A DNA stretch of 64,000 nucleotides from NCBI RefSeq assembly GCF_000002075.1, contig NW_004798032.1:103517-167516 (forward strand). The letters are read 5' to 3'. This DNA is from Aplysia californica. Lineage: Eukaryota. The translations under genes were made by a program, and so were the position numbers. Under the pieces are notes generated by a model. That model made no database searches. It had not been told where the DNA came from and was given only the letters and a program-made list of their open reading frames with translations. Shown here in pieces: positions 10,705-21,600 of this stretch (position 1 is the stretch's first letter; each line of letters starts with the position of its first letter).

Positions 10705-13700
10705 TCATGGGTGATGGTTTTTCAAAGGGAAAACTAAATCCGTGTTATGAAGTTTGGGCAGCGGTGGGCGGGGGATGGCGGCGCCAGCAGGCCGCTTGGT
10801 GTTGATAACGGGCTCGATGGGATCAACCGCTGGGTTCTGCCTGCCCCCACCGCCGCATTCTTCTTCTTCTGCCGCATAAGCTCCCTGAAGGTGTGACAGG
10901 ATCTGAGAAGACGGCGTGTGTTTTGGGCTCTCGAGGACAAGACAACCGTCTTTGACGTTGAGCTCTCCGCTGTGTCTCGTCGGAGTGTAGTGATGCTCTT
11001 CCCCGAAAGCTCCCGAGCTTCCACCACCGATTTCAGCACCTGACACGGCAGAGGAGGGTGCTCTGGAAGACGACGACTGGTTGAGGCTGAGGTGATTGTG
11101 ACCACTAGGCTGCTGCTGCCCGCTGTAAGAACTGGGCCTATTCACCGAGCCAGAGGTAGGAGATGGGTGAGTGTCTGTGAGGTCATTTGAAAAGTCAACG
11201 GCAGAAGCGTCTTCAGCGAGACGATCACCAGCTTGTCTCGACGGGGAGTTGGTTGCTCCGCCAGAAGGCCTATTTCTATCCGATGGCACACTCCGCACAC
11301 CAGAGAAAGCCCGGCCAGGAGGCTGAAGTAACACGTTTCCATCTTTGACCACCAGCTCACCGCTGAGTACAGGAGCAGCAACCATCGCTGGGTCACTTTC
11401 CTGCTGGTCTGTTTGATCGTTGGTGACAAAACCTTCCTCAGTGTGAAGTAAGATCTGTCCTTTCTGCACAGACAAATGACCAGGCTTGGGCTTACTGTTT
11501 CTGTCTCGACGAAGCACTTCTGTCAGAAGAGCGTTGCTTGCACTATCCGAGTCCTCAGAACTGTCTGGAAGACTCTGACCAGCCAACTCTTCTACCGGGG
11601 CTGTGGGCAAATCCTCCGCAACCAGTTCACGATCAGCACTAGCGACAGTCTGGTCCGGGCGATCGCGTCGTCTCACACACACAGTGCTGTCATCAAAGTT
11701 GTCGTCAACTTGCGCTGTACCCAACTCACTATTTTCGTCATATCGAAAGTGAAACTTTGGGCTAGAAACACCAGCACTGCGCTCATCATCATCATCATCG
11801 TCGTCTCCTGTTGCAGATAACAGCGGCAGGTTGCTTTCGCCGTCATCAGACAAAGGTACAGCACTGTAAGAACTCCTGCTTGGAGAATTTGACCCCGAAA
11901 ACACATCACCAGACGACAGATCTACGTCTCTCACAGGGTCACTCTCCGGTGGGGTGTTGACTCGCGCACCATCAGGTACCCCTGTCTGCGGGGAGCCTGT
12001 GTTCAAATCTTTCACAAGCTCATTTTGTGTTTGGAGGTTGTTGCCATCTGTACCACCGACGGAGCTGCTCGGCTGGACATCCTCCGGGGCCACCACATCT
12101 GGAGTGAGCCTCCTCTCCTCAGGCACATGACTCGGACTGACGCCGGCAGAGTTGCCAGCCGGCGGTTGGGTCCTGTGTCTCCGCGGAGTCTGCGTGCTCT
12201 GAGAGGTGAGCACAGGAGAGGATGTTCCACTACGATCTTGATCCACAGAGCTGCCAGAGTCACCATTATAATAAACATCTTCAGCACCATGACTTGGAGT
12301 AACCTGCGTTTCCACTCCAGAGAACCCTGAACTTCCTTCACTGACCGAGGATCCAGGATTGTCAGGTCTGTTGGCGGGAAAGGACCTCTGGACAGGATCT
12401 TCAAGCCTCTGGCCTGTTTCCCTCTGAAGACTGTGAGAGGCCAGGAGAGACTCCAGGAAGTCTGGGTTGATGTCGATGTTGCTGGGTAGACTACCGGAGG
12501 GTGTACGATTGCTCGGGTCACTGTCCGCATGATGGCTGGGCTCAAGAACGGGTACGGAACCACCCGTCTCGCTGGAAGTGTCTGCCTCGACCATTCTCCC
12601 ATCGGGATTTGCTCGCGCATTATTTCTCCCCGCGTCAGGACACCCAGCACCAGATACACGTCCCGTCGGAGAAGCAACCTGCCTGTCGTTCCTTTCTTGA
12701 CCCCTTCTGCCTCTCCGGCCTCGGTCTGTGCCCGTCTGCTGCCCGCCCAGACAATTTTGAACCACGGACGGGGCCGTCACGTTTCTCTGTTGCTGCTGCT
12801 GCTGAACGACCCCGGTGTTCTGACCCAGCGCAGCCGACGCAGGCCTCTCTTGCGCCTGCAATCTCTCGGGCGTCCCACGGTCAATCGTGCTGTACGGTGG
12901 AGGAGCTGTACCCGAGGGGGTCGTGTCCGGAGCCTCATCAGAGCCCACTTCCGAGTACGGGGGCGGGGCATCCATGAAAACCGGACAGCCGTAGCCAGGC
13001 ATGTACTGGACTCCGTTGTTCACGTTGACGATGATGTTGCCGTAGCGGGGGTACTGCTGGGACGACGACAGAAACGGGTGCTGATCACTCTGGCCCTCCT
13101 CACCGCCATCTGGTGACATCGATTCCCCTGTGTCATCTGAAAACAGAAGGGGTGAGAAAAACTTCTTTTTAGTTTTAGTAAGAGTCTTACGGCACTTGTA
13201 ACACAATAAGTTCATAGAAAGAGTTTTACAGCACTTGTAACACAATAAGGTCATAGAAAAGTTTTATGGCACTTGTAACACAATAAGGTCATTTAAGTGC
13301 CGAAGATTAGAAGCGTTACAAGAGTCACTAACCCAAAAAAGAAAGAGGAGAGATAAGGACATAAGATGTTTGATGGGAAAGAAGGAGCAAACCACACCAG
13401 GGCACCCGCCAACCATCCGCAAAAACTTGTTTGTTATTGAATACTTTTTTAATTGTCCAAGACATTGTCAAAAGAAAAGTGGTTCTCTTGGACAGTGTCA
13501 TAAAATCTGTTTCTAGTTATAGTTAGAGTTTAACAGCACTTGCAACACAATAAGGTCATACAAGAGCCAAATATTAGAAGTGTTACAAGAGAGCAACAAA
13601 CACCAAAAAGGAGAGATCACGATAATAGACGTCTGATAGGAGGAAAGAAGGAGCAAACCACACCAGAGCACCCACCAACCACCTGCGTGTCATTATCATA

Positions 13701-16700
13701 TTTTTTAAAAGACCAAAAGGGGGGAAATGGGAAGTTTTTATTGTAGAGGGTTTTACGGCGCTCGCAACTGCATAAGGTCATATGAGCGCCAAGGGGTGGG
13801 TGTCAACAGAAAAGTCTTTACAGGGAATCAGACTTAGACAGTTCACCTCTCTAGCTTCAACAGCACAAGGTCTCCTTCGACTATCAACGCACCCCAAAAT
13901 AGCAGGTCACAAGAGAGTGACAAACATACAAAAGAAGTAGAGGAAAATGACAATAGAAAGGATCAGGAAAGAAAAAGCAGCAGTTCCCTGTTGTAGATCA
14001 GGCACAGTTATGAGCGTGACATGAGTCAGCCCATTTACAATTCTACTATGCTTGAACGAGAAATGTCCCCCCCTTTGGGAATGGCCTAAAGACACTTCAG
14101 TCAGTGGCACCGCCCCGGGGGGATACTCTCAGCTTCCTGGGAACTTGCATTAAGTGTAAGCTGCCATTTTTTCATAGGCGCTAACACACTAACAAGATCA
14201 CAACAGCAAAAGGAAGAACAAAGAGGCAAACCACACCCAAGCACAAACCAACCGCCCATCCACCTACCCACCCAACAAATGGACGAGGACAAAAACTTAA
14301 GAAGAAGAAGAAGAAGAAGGAAAAAAAGGTGGACTCCTCCCACTCCCTCACCTCCTTGCCGATGCATCCTTTCCAGCGCCCGTGAGATGCGCCTCTCCCT
14401 CCGCCGCTCCATCTTCACCCTGTACACCATGATCACGATGGACGAGATGAGTATGACCACGCCGATGGTGCTCACAATCACCGCGTACACCGTCGTCTTC
14501 AGCCAGCTGAAGTGGTTGTCATCCTCGCTGGGCTGCATGGTTGTGCTGGGTTTGGCTACGGGGAAAAATAAAAGGAGGAAACATGGCACAGTTAGACCCC
14601 AAAATGAAGAAAGTCAATAGCAGCATTTGACCCACAGAGATAATCGCAAATGTAGATTTCAAATGGCGGCCATTTTGAAACCCAATATGGCGGACATAAA
14701 GAGAGAATTCCGGGGGGCCCAATATCAGGAAAATGTTCGCAACATGTTAATATACATGTGTGCCAAATTTCGTGCTTGTATCACAATATCTACAATCCTT
14801 TTGAATATTTGGGCTAAACCGCCCTACTAAAATGATTGTTTTTGGTAAGTGTTTTACAGTGCAATTTAGGCCATATGAGCACATGGGACACATTGAACAA
14901 CTTCAGTTTGATAGGAATTAATTTTGACAATTTTGCCCGGAAGGCCTACTCTTATCGATTTTGGACCACCAAAGGGATCTTTAACGTGCCCAACTTGCAC
15001 ACAGGGCCTTTGAAATTTTTTCGCCTTTTTCCAAGAAGGCTTAGTGTTAGATCATACCTATCCTAAGATCAGGGGTGGGGCTGAAAAATAGCAGCAAGAA
15101 GGAGCCACGGGGAAGAAGTAGAAAGGCTGCAGTCACGAGCCCACAGGAGGGTGTAGTAGGGGTGGGGNNNNNNNNNNNNNNNNNNNNNNNNNNNNNNNNN
15201 NNNNNNNNNNNNNNNNNNNNNNNNNNNNNNNNNNNNNNNNNNNNNNNNNNNNNNNNNNNNNNNNNNNNNNNNNNNNNNNNNNNNNNNNNNNNNNNNNNNN
15301 NNNNNNNNNNNNNNNNNNNNNNNNNNNNNNNNNNNNNNNNNNNNNNNNNNNNNNNNNNNNNNNNNNNNNNCCCCCCAGAAACAAAAAGAAAAATACCCAA
15401 ATTCAAAACAACAAGAATCACGGTAATGAATGTAGGGAATGGAAGACACAATTAACCTCTACCACAATAATTAGTTCACAAGAAAAATAAACAGACAGAA
15501 AAAAAAATTCTTCACAGAGATAGGGACATTTTTGTGTGTGCACCTTTCTATCACTGCCTAGAATTTTTTTCAGCACGTCATTAATCTCCTTTTTACGCGT
15601 TCACATTTTCAAGGAACAACCTTAAAGACGATCACCAAGCAGACGAAAAGCCAAGCTGTCAGGACGGATCCTGCTCAGGTGATCAGGTAGCAGGGTAAGA
15701 AACGGGAGAATCCACAGAAACTCACCAAAACAAAACGATCCCTCATCAGAGTGGTCCCCACAGTCATCGATGTGATTGCACAGGTCGTTCAGGGCAACGC
15801 AACGCGTGTTGTTGCAGCGGAACTTGTTCGTGCACGGATTCACTGTTAAAAAAAAAAAAAATTTTTTTTTTTCATGTAGGAGTTTTTACACTCCCATCAA
15901 TGCAATTTAAATCAGTTAGGAGGCTGGCTGAGAGACATTCACTGAGTGAAAGACAGAAAGAAATTATAGCAGTGAAAGATCTTGTCAGTTTGTTTGTGTT
16001 CGAGCGCTCGTAATCAGTTGCTTGCACTTCTGAGTGTCATATGGTCTGCTGGGGTAATAATATAGTGTAAAGCGCATAGAGCCTGCTGTCAAGCGGGGAT
16101 ATGCGCTATACAAATGCTATTTATTATTATCAAATTATGAATTAATACTGTAACTGTAGCTGCTGTCAATCGGATCCAATAGCTCTTGGGCTGTACCCCT
16201 TCAGCCTGAACTGAACCCATTTTTAACAGGGCAGAAATGTTTAATCAATAAAGGACGTTCCTTATTGCATTACAAGGTGACGCGAGGGAACAAAACACCG
16301 TCCAAGATGGCCACTTATTGTCAAGGAGAAGGTGAGGCTGTTTTAGACAGGTGTATGTCATGTCTTAGGCTGCGTCATTATAATATTTAAAAATGCAAAG
16401 TGGGAAGTTGGAACTCGTTTCTACAGGTGATTGTCTTGGGACAGTACAGGTGGCTGTTGGAACAGGTTCGACAGTAATGTGTCAACAAACAATTTGAGGC
16501 AACCATTGCACCAGCCTGCACAAATGGAAGAACAACTTTTGACAACAACAACAACAAACAAAACAAAACACACCAAAAAAAAAGAAAAAAGAGCCAATGA
16601 AACTTAAAAACCGTCTATAGCTCTTTGCACTTTCCAAATGGCCACTTACAATAACATACATCGAAAGTCAAGTGAGACAGGATCTTCCACTCAAAATCCC

Positions 16701-19700
16701 TCTTCATTAGGACTATACGATGCCAAGAACACCTTGTTAGCCCTTCCAGCCCTATGCGCGTATATTTTCAGCAGCGCTTGTACCTCCCACCGTTCCAAGA
16801 GCGTATATTCTCAGTTTCGGGAGGCACCGAATTTGCGCAGTTTTTTAAATTAGCGAACCTAATTAAACGTTAATTTTCATATTTGTTCATTTACCTTTAA
16901 ACATTGTTATATGCTGTTATCTAAAACTCATTACAAAGAAATGACATCATTTTTTTAGAACGCATGCCTCTTTTTCTGAAATACTGGTATTGGCTGGGAC
17001 TGGGGTTAGGGAGTGCACCAAAATGGCGGGGCTGGAAGGGTTAGTAGTTCAAGTCAGCACTGACTGCGTTTGCATGATACTTAGAGTGCTTTAACGCTGA
17101 AAAAAAAAAGAAAAAAGAAACAGCCACATAATTCATCCCTCCCCTCTACAATTTTTTTTCACATGACAGTAATGTACTTAAACTATTAAAACTACCCATT
17201 CAGTTGCAAGCTAAGGTCACTCACAAAATTCACAACCTCTCACCTTTGCACTTTTCATCCGAACCATCCCCACAATCGTCCTTGCCATCACAGAGGAATC
17301 TCGTAAAGAGACAAAGGTTTGTCGTCTTGCATTTAAACTGCGTGTTCGGGCAGGTTGCAGGATTGCGATCTGGGTCACAACAGAAGCGTTGTTAGAAAAA
17401 TATGGAAACCAAAGTCTTTACATTTTTTTTTACAAAGTCATGTAAACGATTTGATGAACCTGTTGATACATTGATAGCTATAAGTTCAGATTTTCACGAG
17501 TTCTGTGCTCAATGTAAGTCACTGACATTTGTAGAATAAAAGAGGAAATCCCACCACAGAACTGTTTTCAGAGTATGTTGGAAAGCCACAGAAAGAATTA
17601 TAGAGTATTGGAATGTAGTTAAAAGAAGATTGAATATCACCTCACTGGGAAATCACTCTTCTCATCTTCTCCAAAAACAACTGTAAACAGGGCATTACAA
17701 CACACAAGTAATACCATTGATGCCCTGCAAGTACCTCCCTTCCTCTCATGGTTTTCACACTGGTAGAGGAGTAGAGGACTGCACTTGGAATGTCTTTTCA
17801 ATTGTATCGATGCATATCATAAAGAACTTGAACCTATCAATAAATCCAGTTCTTTAGAGCAAAAAAAGCGTTAGATTAACGAAATGAAAATGATATGACT
17901 TCTCTTTGGAATATTTACAAAGTTTGGTGCAATGTACAACTGATCTTTTCGTATCATAACCCCTGGTTACTTGTCACTGGTGCCATCTGAACAAAACAAA
18001 AATTCTGAACATTGTTGAACACACCCCCCCCCCCCCCCTTCCCCCCATTCTCACACCATAAAAATTTTTTTTTAAAAGACTGATTGACCATTTCATAAGC
18101 AAGCCACAGTCTTGTAAATTCAAATAAGACATAAAACTATAAAACTGAACTTGAGATGTTCAGAAAACAGAAATTCTGAACATTGTTGAACACCCCCCCC
18201 CCCCCCTTCCCCCCATTCTCACAACACCTTAAAAAAAATATTTTAAAAAGACTGATTGACCATTTCATAAGCAAGCCACAGTCTCGTAAATTCAAATAAG
18301 ACATAAAACTATAAAACTGAATTCGAGATGTTCAGAAATCAGAAATTCCCTGAAATTGAAACCAGCAGCCCCAATCTATTACTACGAACAGACTAAAATT
18401 CACACAGGACCCAAAACTTCGCTTCCGGGTAGTTCGGAACCCCACGAAGTGTGAACATATATCTATTTCTGTACCTTTGCGCTTGACAAAGAGGTGGAAC
18501 TCCGCCTTTTCCTCCGTGCCGTCTGCCATGACTAGCTCACAGGCATAGCGACCCGCGTCCGAGCCCTGCAGGGACGGAATTCGGAGTATGACTTTGGTCT
18601 CCGTCGGCTGAATTTGCGGCAGCGTCGATCCATCACCGTTGTTCCTCACCCACCTCAGGGAGCTAGGAGAAGCTGAGACGTTGGCTGTACAGTTCACCTG
18701 AGGACACGCACAGTAAACTTCTATTCTAGAAGTGGGAAAACAAGCTAGACGTACAGTACTGTGTTTCCTCCCAGCAACACAAAGACACATTTTTAATTAT
18801 TCCGTTTTTGGTTTCAGTAATAGTAAGAGTTTTGGCATTTGCAACACACAATAAGTAGGTCATATAATGCCAAAGATTAGAGTAGAGGCAGAGGTCGTAC
18901 AAGAGAGTAACAAACTCATATAATGCCAAAGATTAGAGTAGAGGCAGAGGTCGTACAAGAGAGTAACAAACACACAAAAAAAAGGAGAAGAGATGAGGAC
19001 GATAGACGTTTGATAGAAGGAACAAACCACAACAGAGAACCTGCCAAACACCCATGAAGATATATATATATATATATATGAGTGAGTTATCACAAAGTTA
19101 AAAAAGGGACAGAAAAGTAGACAATACCATTGCTGCTATCACTTTTTGACAAAACCCATTTTTATAACACTTTGCTTAAATTTATTCAGAGCCTCAAAAC
19201 AAAGGCAAGGCTGGTTATCTCAATCTCAATATTAATATAATAGTAGAAATATTGATGGAACTGTAACCCATAAAAAGTACACTTTTGTCTTACAACTCTT
19301 TCAAGAAGGAATGCAAACTGAACAACAAACAAAAAAAAAGCACAGAGATATTGTCAGAACAGAGCAGGCATATATATGTGTGTGTGAGGCAGCGTGGTGG
19401 AATCAGGCTCTCGTCAATTTTTGAGCATGTAGAGTTATTGGTACCATCTTAAAGCTTGTTCACTTGTCTTTATTTGGTTGGGGAAAAAAATCCATTTACC
19501 TTCAATACAAGTCGAGATATTTGTGAATGAAGGAGGTGGGGGTCCCCTGTTTTCAGAGGTAAAATTAGTGAGAAAATGGCCGTCAAATATTAGTTATTTC
19601 CTTAGCTTAGGAGTCCGTCGTAATTGAAAATGTACATTTTTTGTGCCTTTAATCAACGTTTTAAGAAAAATACACACAGAAATGAGTTCTTTAATGGGCA

Positions 19701-20756
19701 TGAAAGGTGTTGAGCCAAAAAACAAAATTTTGATAAAAATTCACAAACCTGCGGAAAAATGCAAGTTTCTTCACTTTGATTATTTTGACCAGAGCCTGAT
19801 TCCACCACGCTGCCTCATATTATTCAAAACAGGGTCAACAGGAGAAGTTTAACATTGCTGCTGGCTTTCACTTGAACATTTTCAAATCAATTGGCCAGCT
19901 GAATTTTTAAGGCAAATGCGCACCCCATTTTAACCTCACTGCGTAAGACACTCATGGGGACAAACGATATCCATCTAGACCCACCTGGAGGCGCGCCCCT
20001 TCCACTCCAGAGATTTTCTGTGACTCTGACAGCATCAGGTGCTGCACCTTGAGACAGGAGACACCAACACAACCTGGAAAAAAATAAAGAATAAATTTCC
20101 CATAATTTGAAGCATGTAATATTACATATAAACTCTACTCATATTATTAATACTAGAGAGCTGGAGGCACTGACACTGATGTCACATGTGTCAAAAACAG
20201 GGTCTTCTTGCCCTGATCAGCATGGCTGGCACACCCCCATTTACTTGATTTTTACACTATTTATAATTTGAGCCCCCCCCCCCCCCCCTCCCGTTCCCCA
20301 CAACAAGCTCTCTAGATTGTAGTTTCTAGCTTGCAGATTTCCTCCGACGTCTGTTGAGATGTCTCCATTCTGTTAGACAGAGCATGATGCCTTGCCCTTA
20401 CCTGATCGAATATATAAATAAATATCGCTCAGTGCAGTCAGTGTCCCTGGGCCCGGGTGGGTACAGTACATGCAGCCCACATTCGCTCAGTTTCAGTGGG
20501 TGACATCGTCATCACTGCCAAAAACTCTAGTGTGTACTCTATTATAGTATTAAATAGACATATGCAGATAAACGCTATGTATGAAAAGGTAGCGTCAATT
20601 GCCACCGAGTGACACCGTGGCAATTGACAAAAATTGACTGTAGTGTCAATTGCCACAGAGTAAATTGGAGCTCTTTTGCGTCGGTGAGTAGGGTAGATCT
20701 ACCCTATTGTGCTCGCTCGAGTGCTCGGTGTTGTGCGTTCGCCTCTCTGTCCCTCT

Positions 20757-20815
<59 letters not shown>

Positions 20816-21600
20816 TTTTCCTGACCCCCGTCCCCCCGGATTTATGTTCCCCGATATAAAATTAATTTCTGCTTGAAGTTTGTGTGCGTTTGTGACCTAC
20901 TTCTAGAATTTCCTGTGTTGGTTCTATACCAAAGTGTGGGCTAAGGCTACCCTAGATCTAGGCCTACGTCTCATTGAAAACCCGCAAAGTTGATATCGTA
21001 GCTCTAGACTAGAAGCTCGTCCAATGAAATTAGTAGAGAACAAATTCACCCATTAGTTAGACACACATAATGAATAGAAAGCTAAAGATAGTGTTGTTTT
21101 CAGACTTGCGAACGCTTCACTCGGTGGCAATTGACACTACTGTCAATTGCCACCGCATCACTCGGTGGCAATAGACACTACCGTATGAAAATATCGGTGG
21201 TACTATTGTATTGGCAGTATTGGCCTCCTATAGCTGAGAGTAGAGTAGAAAGGTAGGGTGATTCTTCTCGAACTCTTATCATTACAATCTTCTAATTAAT
21301 CTAATCTAATGGAATTTCTCCCTCAACTTGACCAAATATTTAAGATAGAATACATCTAAATCTAGATCTAGATCTAGATATCTAAATCTAGATCTAGTGA
21401 CAGCGATCATCAAAACGACAACAGTGCTACTGTCACTAACCTAAATTCTACCCTTTTTCGGCTTTCGCTTTCCAAACTCTATCGTCGTTTTCAGGTCAGG
21501 GTTCACCTCTTTGAAAAGACAAAATAAGCTCAAACTAAAAAAAATATGCAACCTTACATGTCAGTATCACTGTCCAAAATATGTGTTTGTTGTGCATCAT
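10705..21600 (-). CDS. LDLRAD3-like type I membrane protein: signal peptide, Ig domain, two LDLa repeats, TM, long disordered PPxY tail (~1077 aa)
   Basis: Exons 21600-21558, 20073-19985, 18697-18475, 17369-17244, 15842-15726, 14555-14352, 13136-10705; all GT-AG, phases 1,0,1,1,1,1; total 3234 nt. Signal peptide [21 protein letters not shown]. Ig: [32 protein letters not shown]. LDLa: [23 protein letters not shown] and [26 protein letters not shown]: [24 protein letters not shown]. Tail: NVNNGVQY followed by two PPPY, as recalled for vertebrate LDLRAD3. Confidence 0.9.
13168..13420 (-). mobile_element. Short retroposon family A (~180 bp; LINE-like 3' hairpin plus ACTAAA tail)
   Basis: Consensus GGGTGGTTGGCGGGTGCTCTGGTGTGGTTTGC...CGGCACTT-loop-AAGTGCCGTAAAAC..ACTAAAACTAAA. 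About 20 copies in the window; this copy has a triplicated 3' end. Confidence 0.8.
13742..14135 (-). mobile_element. Retroposon family B copy
   Basis: Near-identical to 28442-28843. Confidence 0.8.
16737..17044. mobile_element. piggyBac-like MITE; second copy at 32372-32786
   Basis: TIRs CCCTTCCAGCC / GGCTGGAAGGG with TTAA-like flanks; shared GCGTATATTCTCAG subrepeats. Confidence 0.7.
17995..18348. repeat. Tandem duplication, 2 x ~172 bp, intronic
   Basis: AAATTCTGAACATTGTTGAACAC-polyC...GAGATGTTCAGAAA repeated twice. Confidence 0.9.
19383..19820. mobile_element. MITE family 1 copy
   Basis: Same TIRs and internal sequence as 3746-4188. Confidence 0.8.
20588..21182. mobile_element. Non-autonomous DNA transposon with 9-bp TSD (Mutator/MULE-like)
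   Basis: TIRs GGTAGCGTCAATTGCCACCGAGTGA / TCACTCGGTGGCAATAGACACTACC; TSD GTATGAAAA at 20579-20587 and 21183-21191; internal (GT)n. Confidence 0.8.

Noticed and set aside
11476-13116. Plus-strand and alternative-frame ORFs of 100-220 aa
   Set aside because: Shadows of the GC-richer receptor exon, with no recognisable motifs.
13137-13254. N-terminus of the 849-aa ORF ([10 protein letters not shown]...)
   Set aside because: Retroposon-derived intronic sequence upstream of the acceptor at 13138.
17972-17987. Possible micro-exon between the Ig and first LDLa exons
   Set aside because: A good acceptor is present, but the 16-nt exon would shift the frame; the model is complete without it.
19887-20072. 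ORF-track peptide [15 protein letters not shown]... as exon 2 of the receptor
   Set aside because: Wrong frame. Exon 1 ends in phase 1, giving [17 protein letters not shown], which completes the signal peptide and Ig strand and ends at CAG|GTGGGT (19985).
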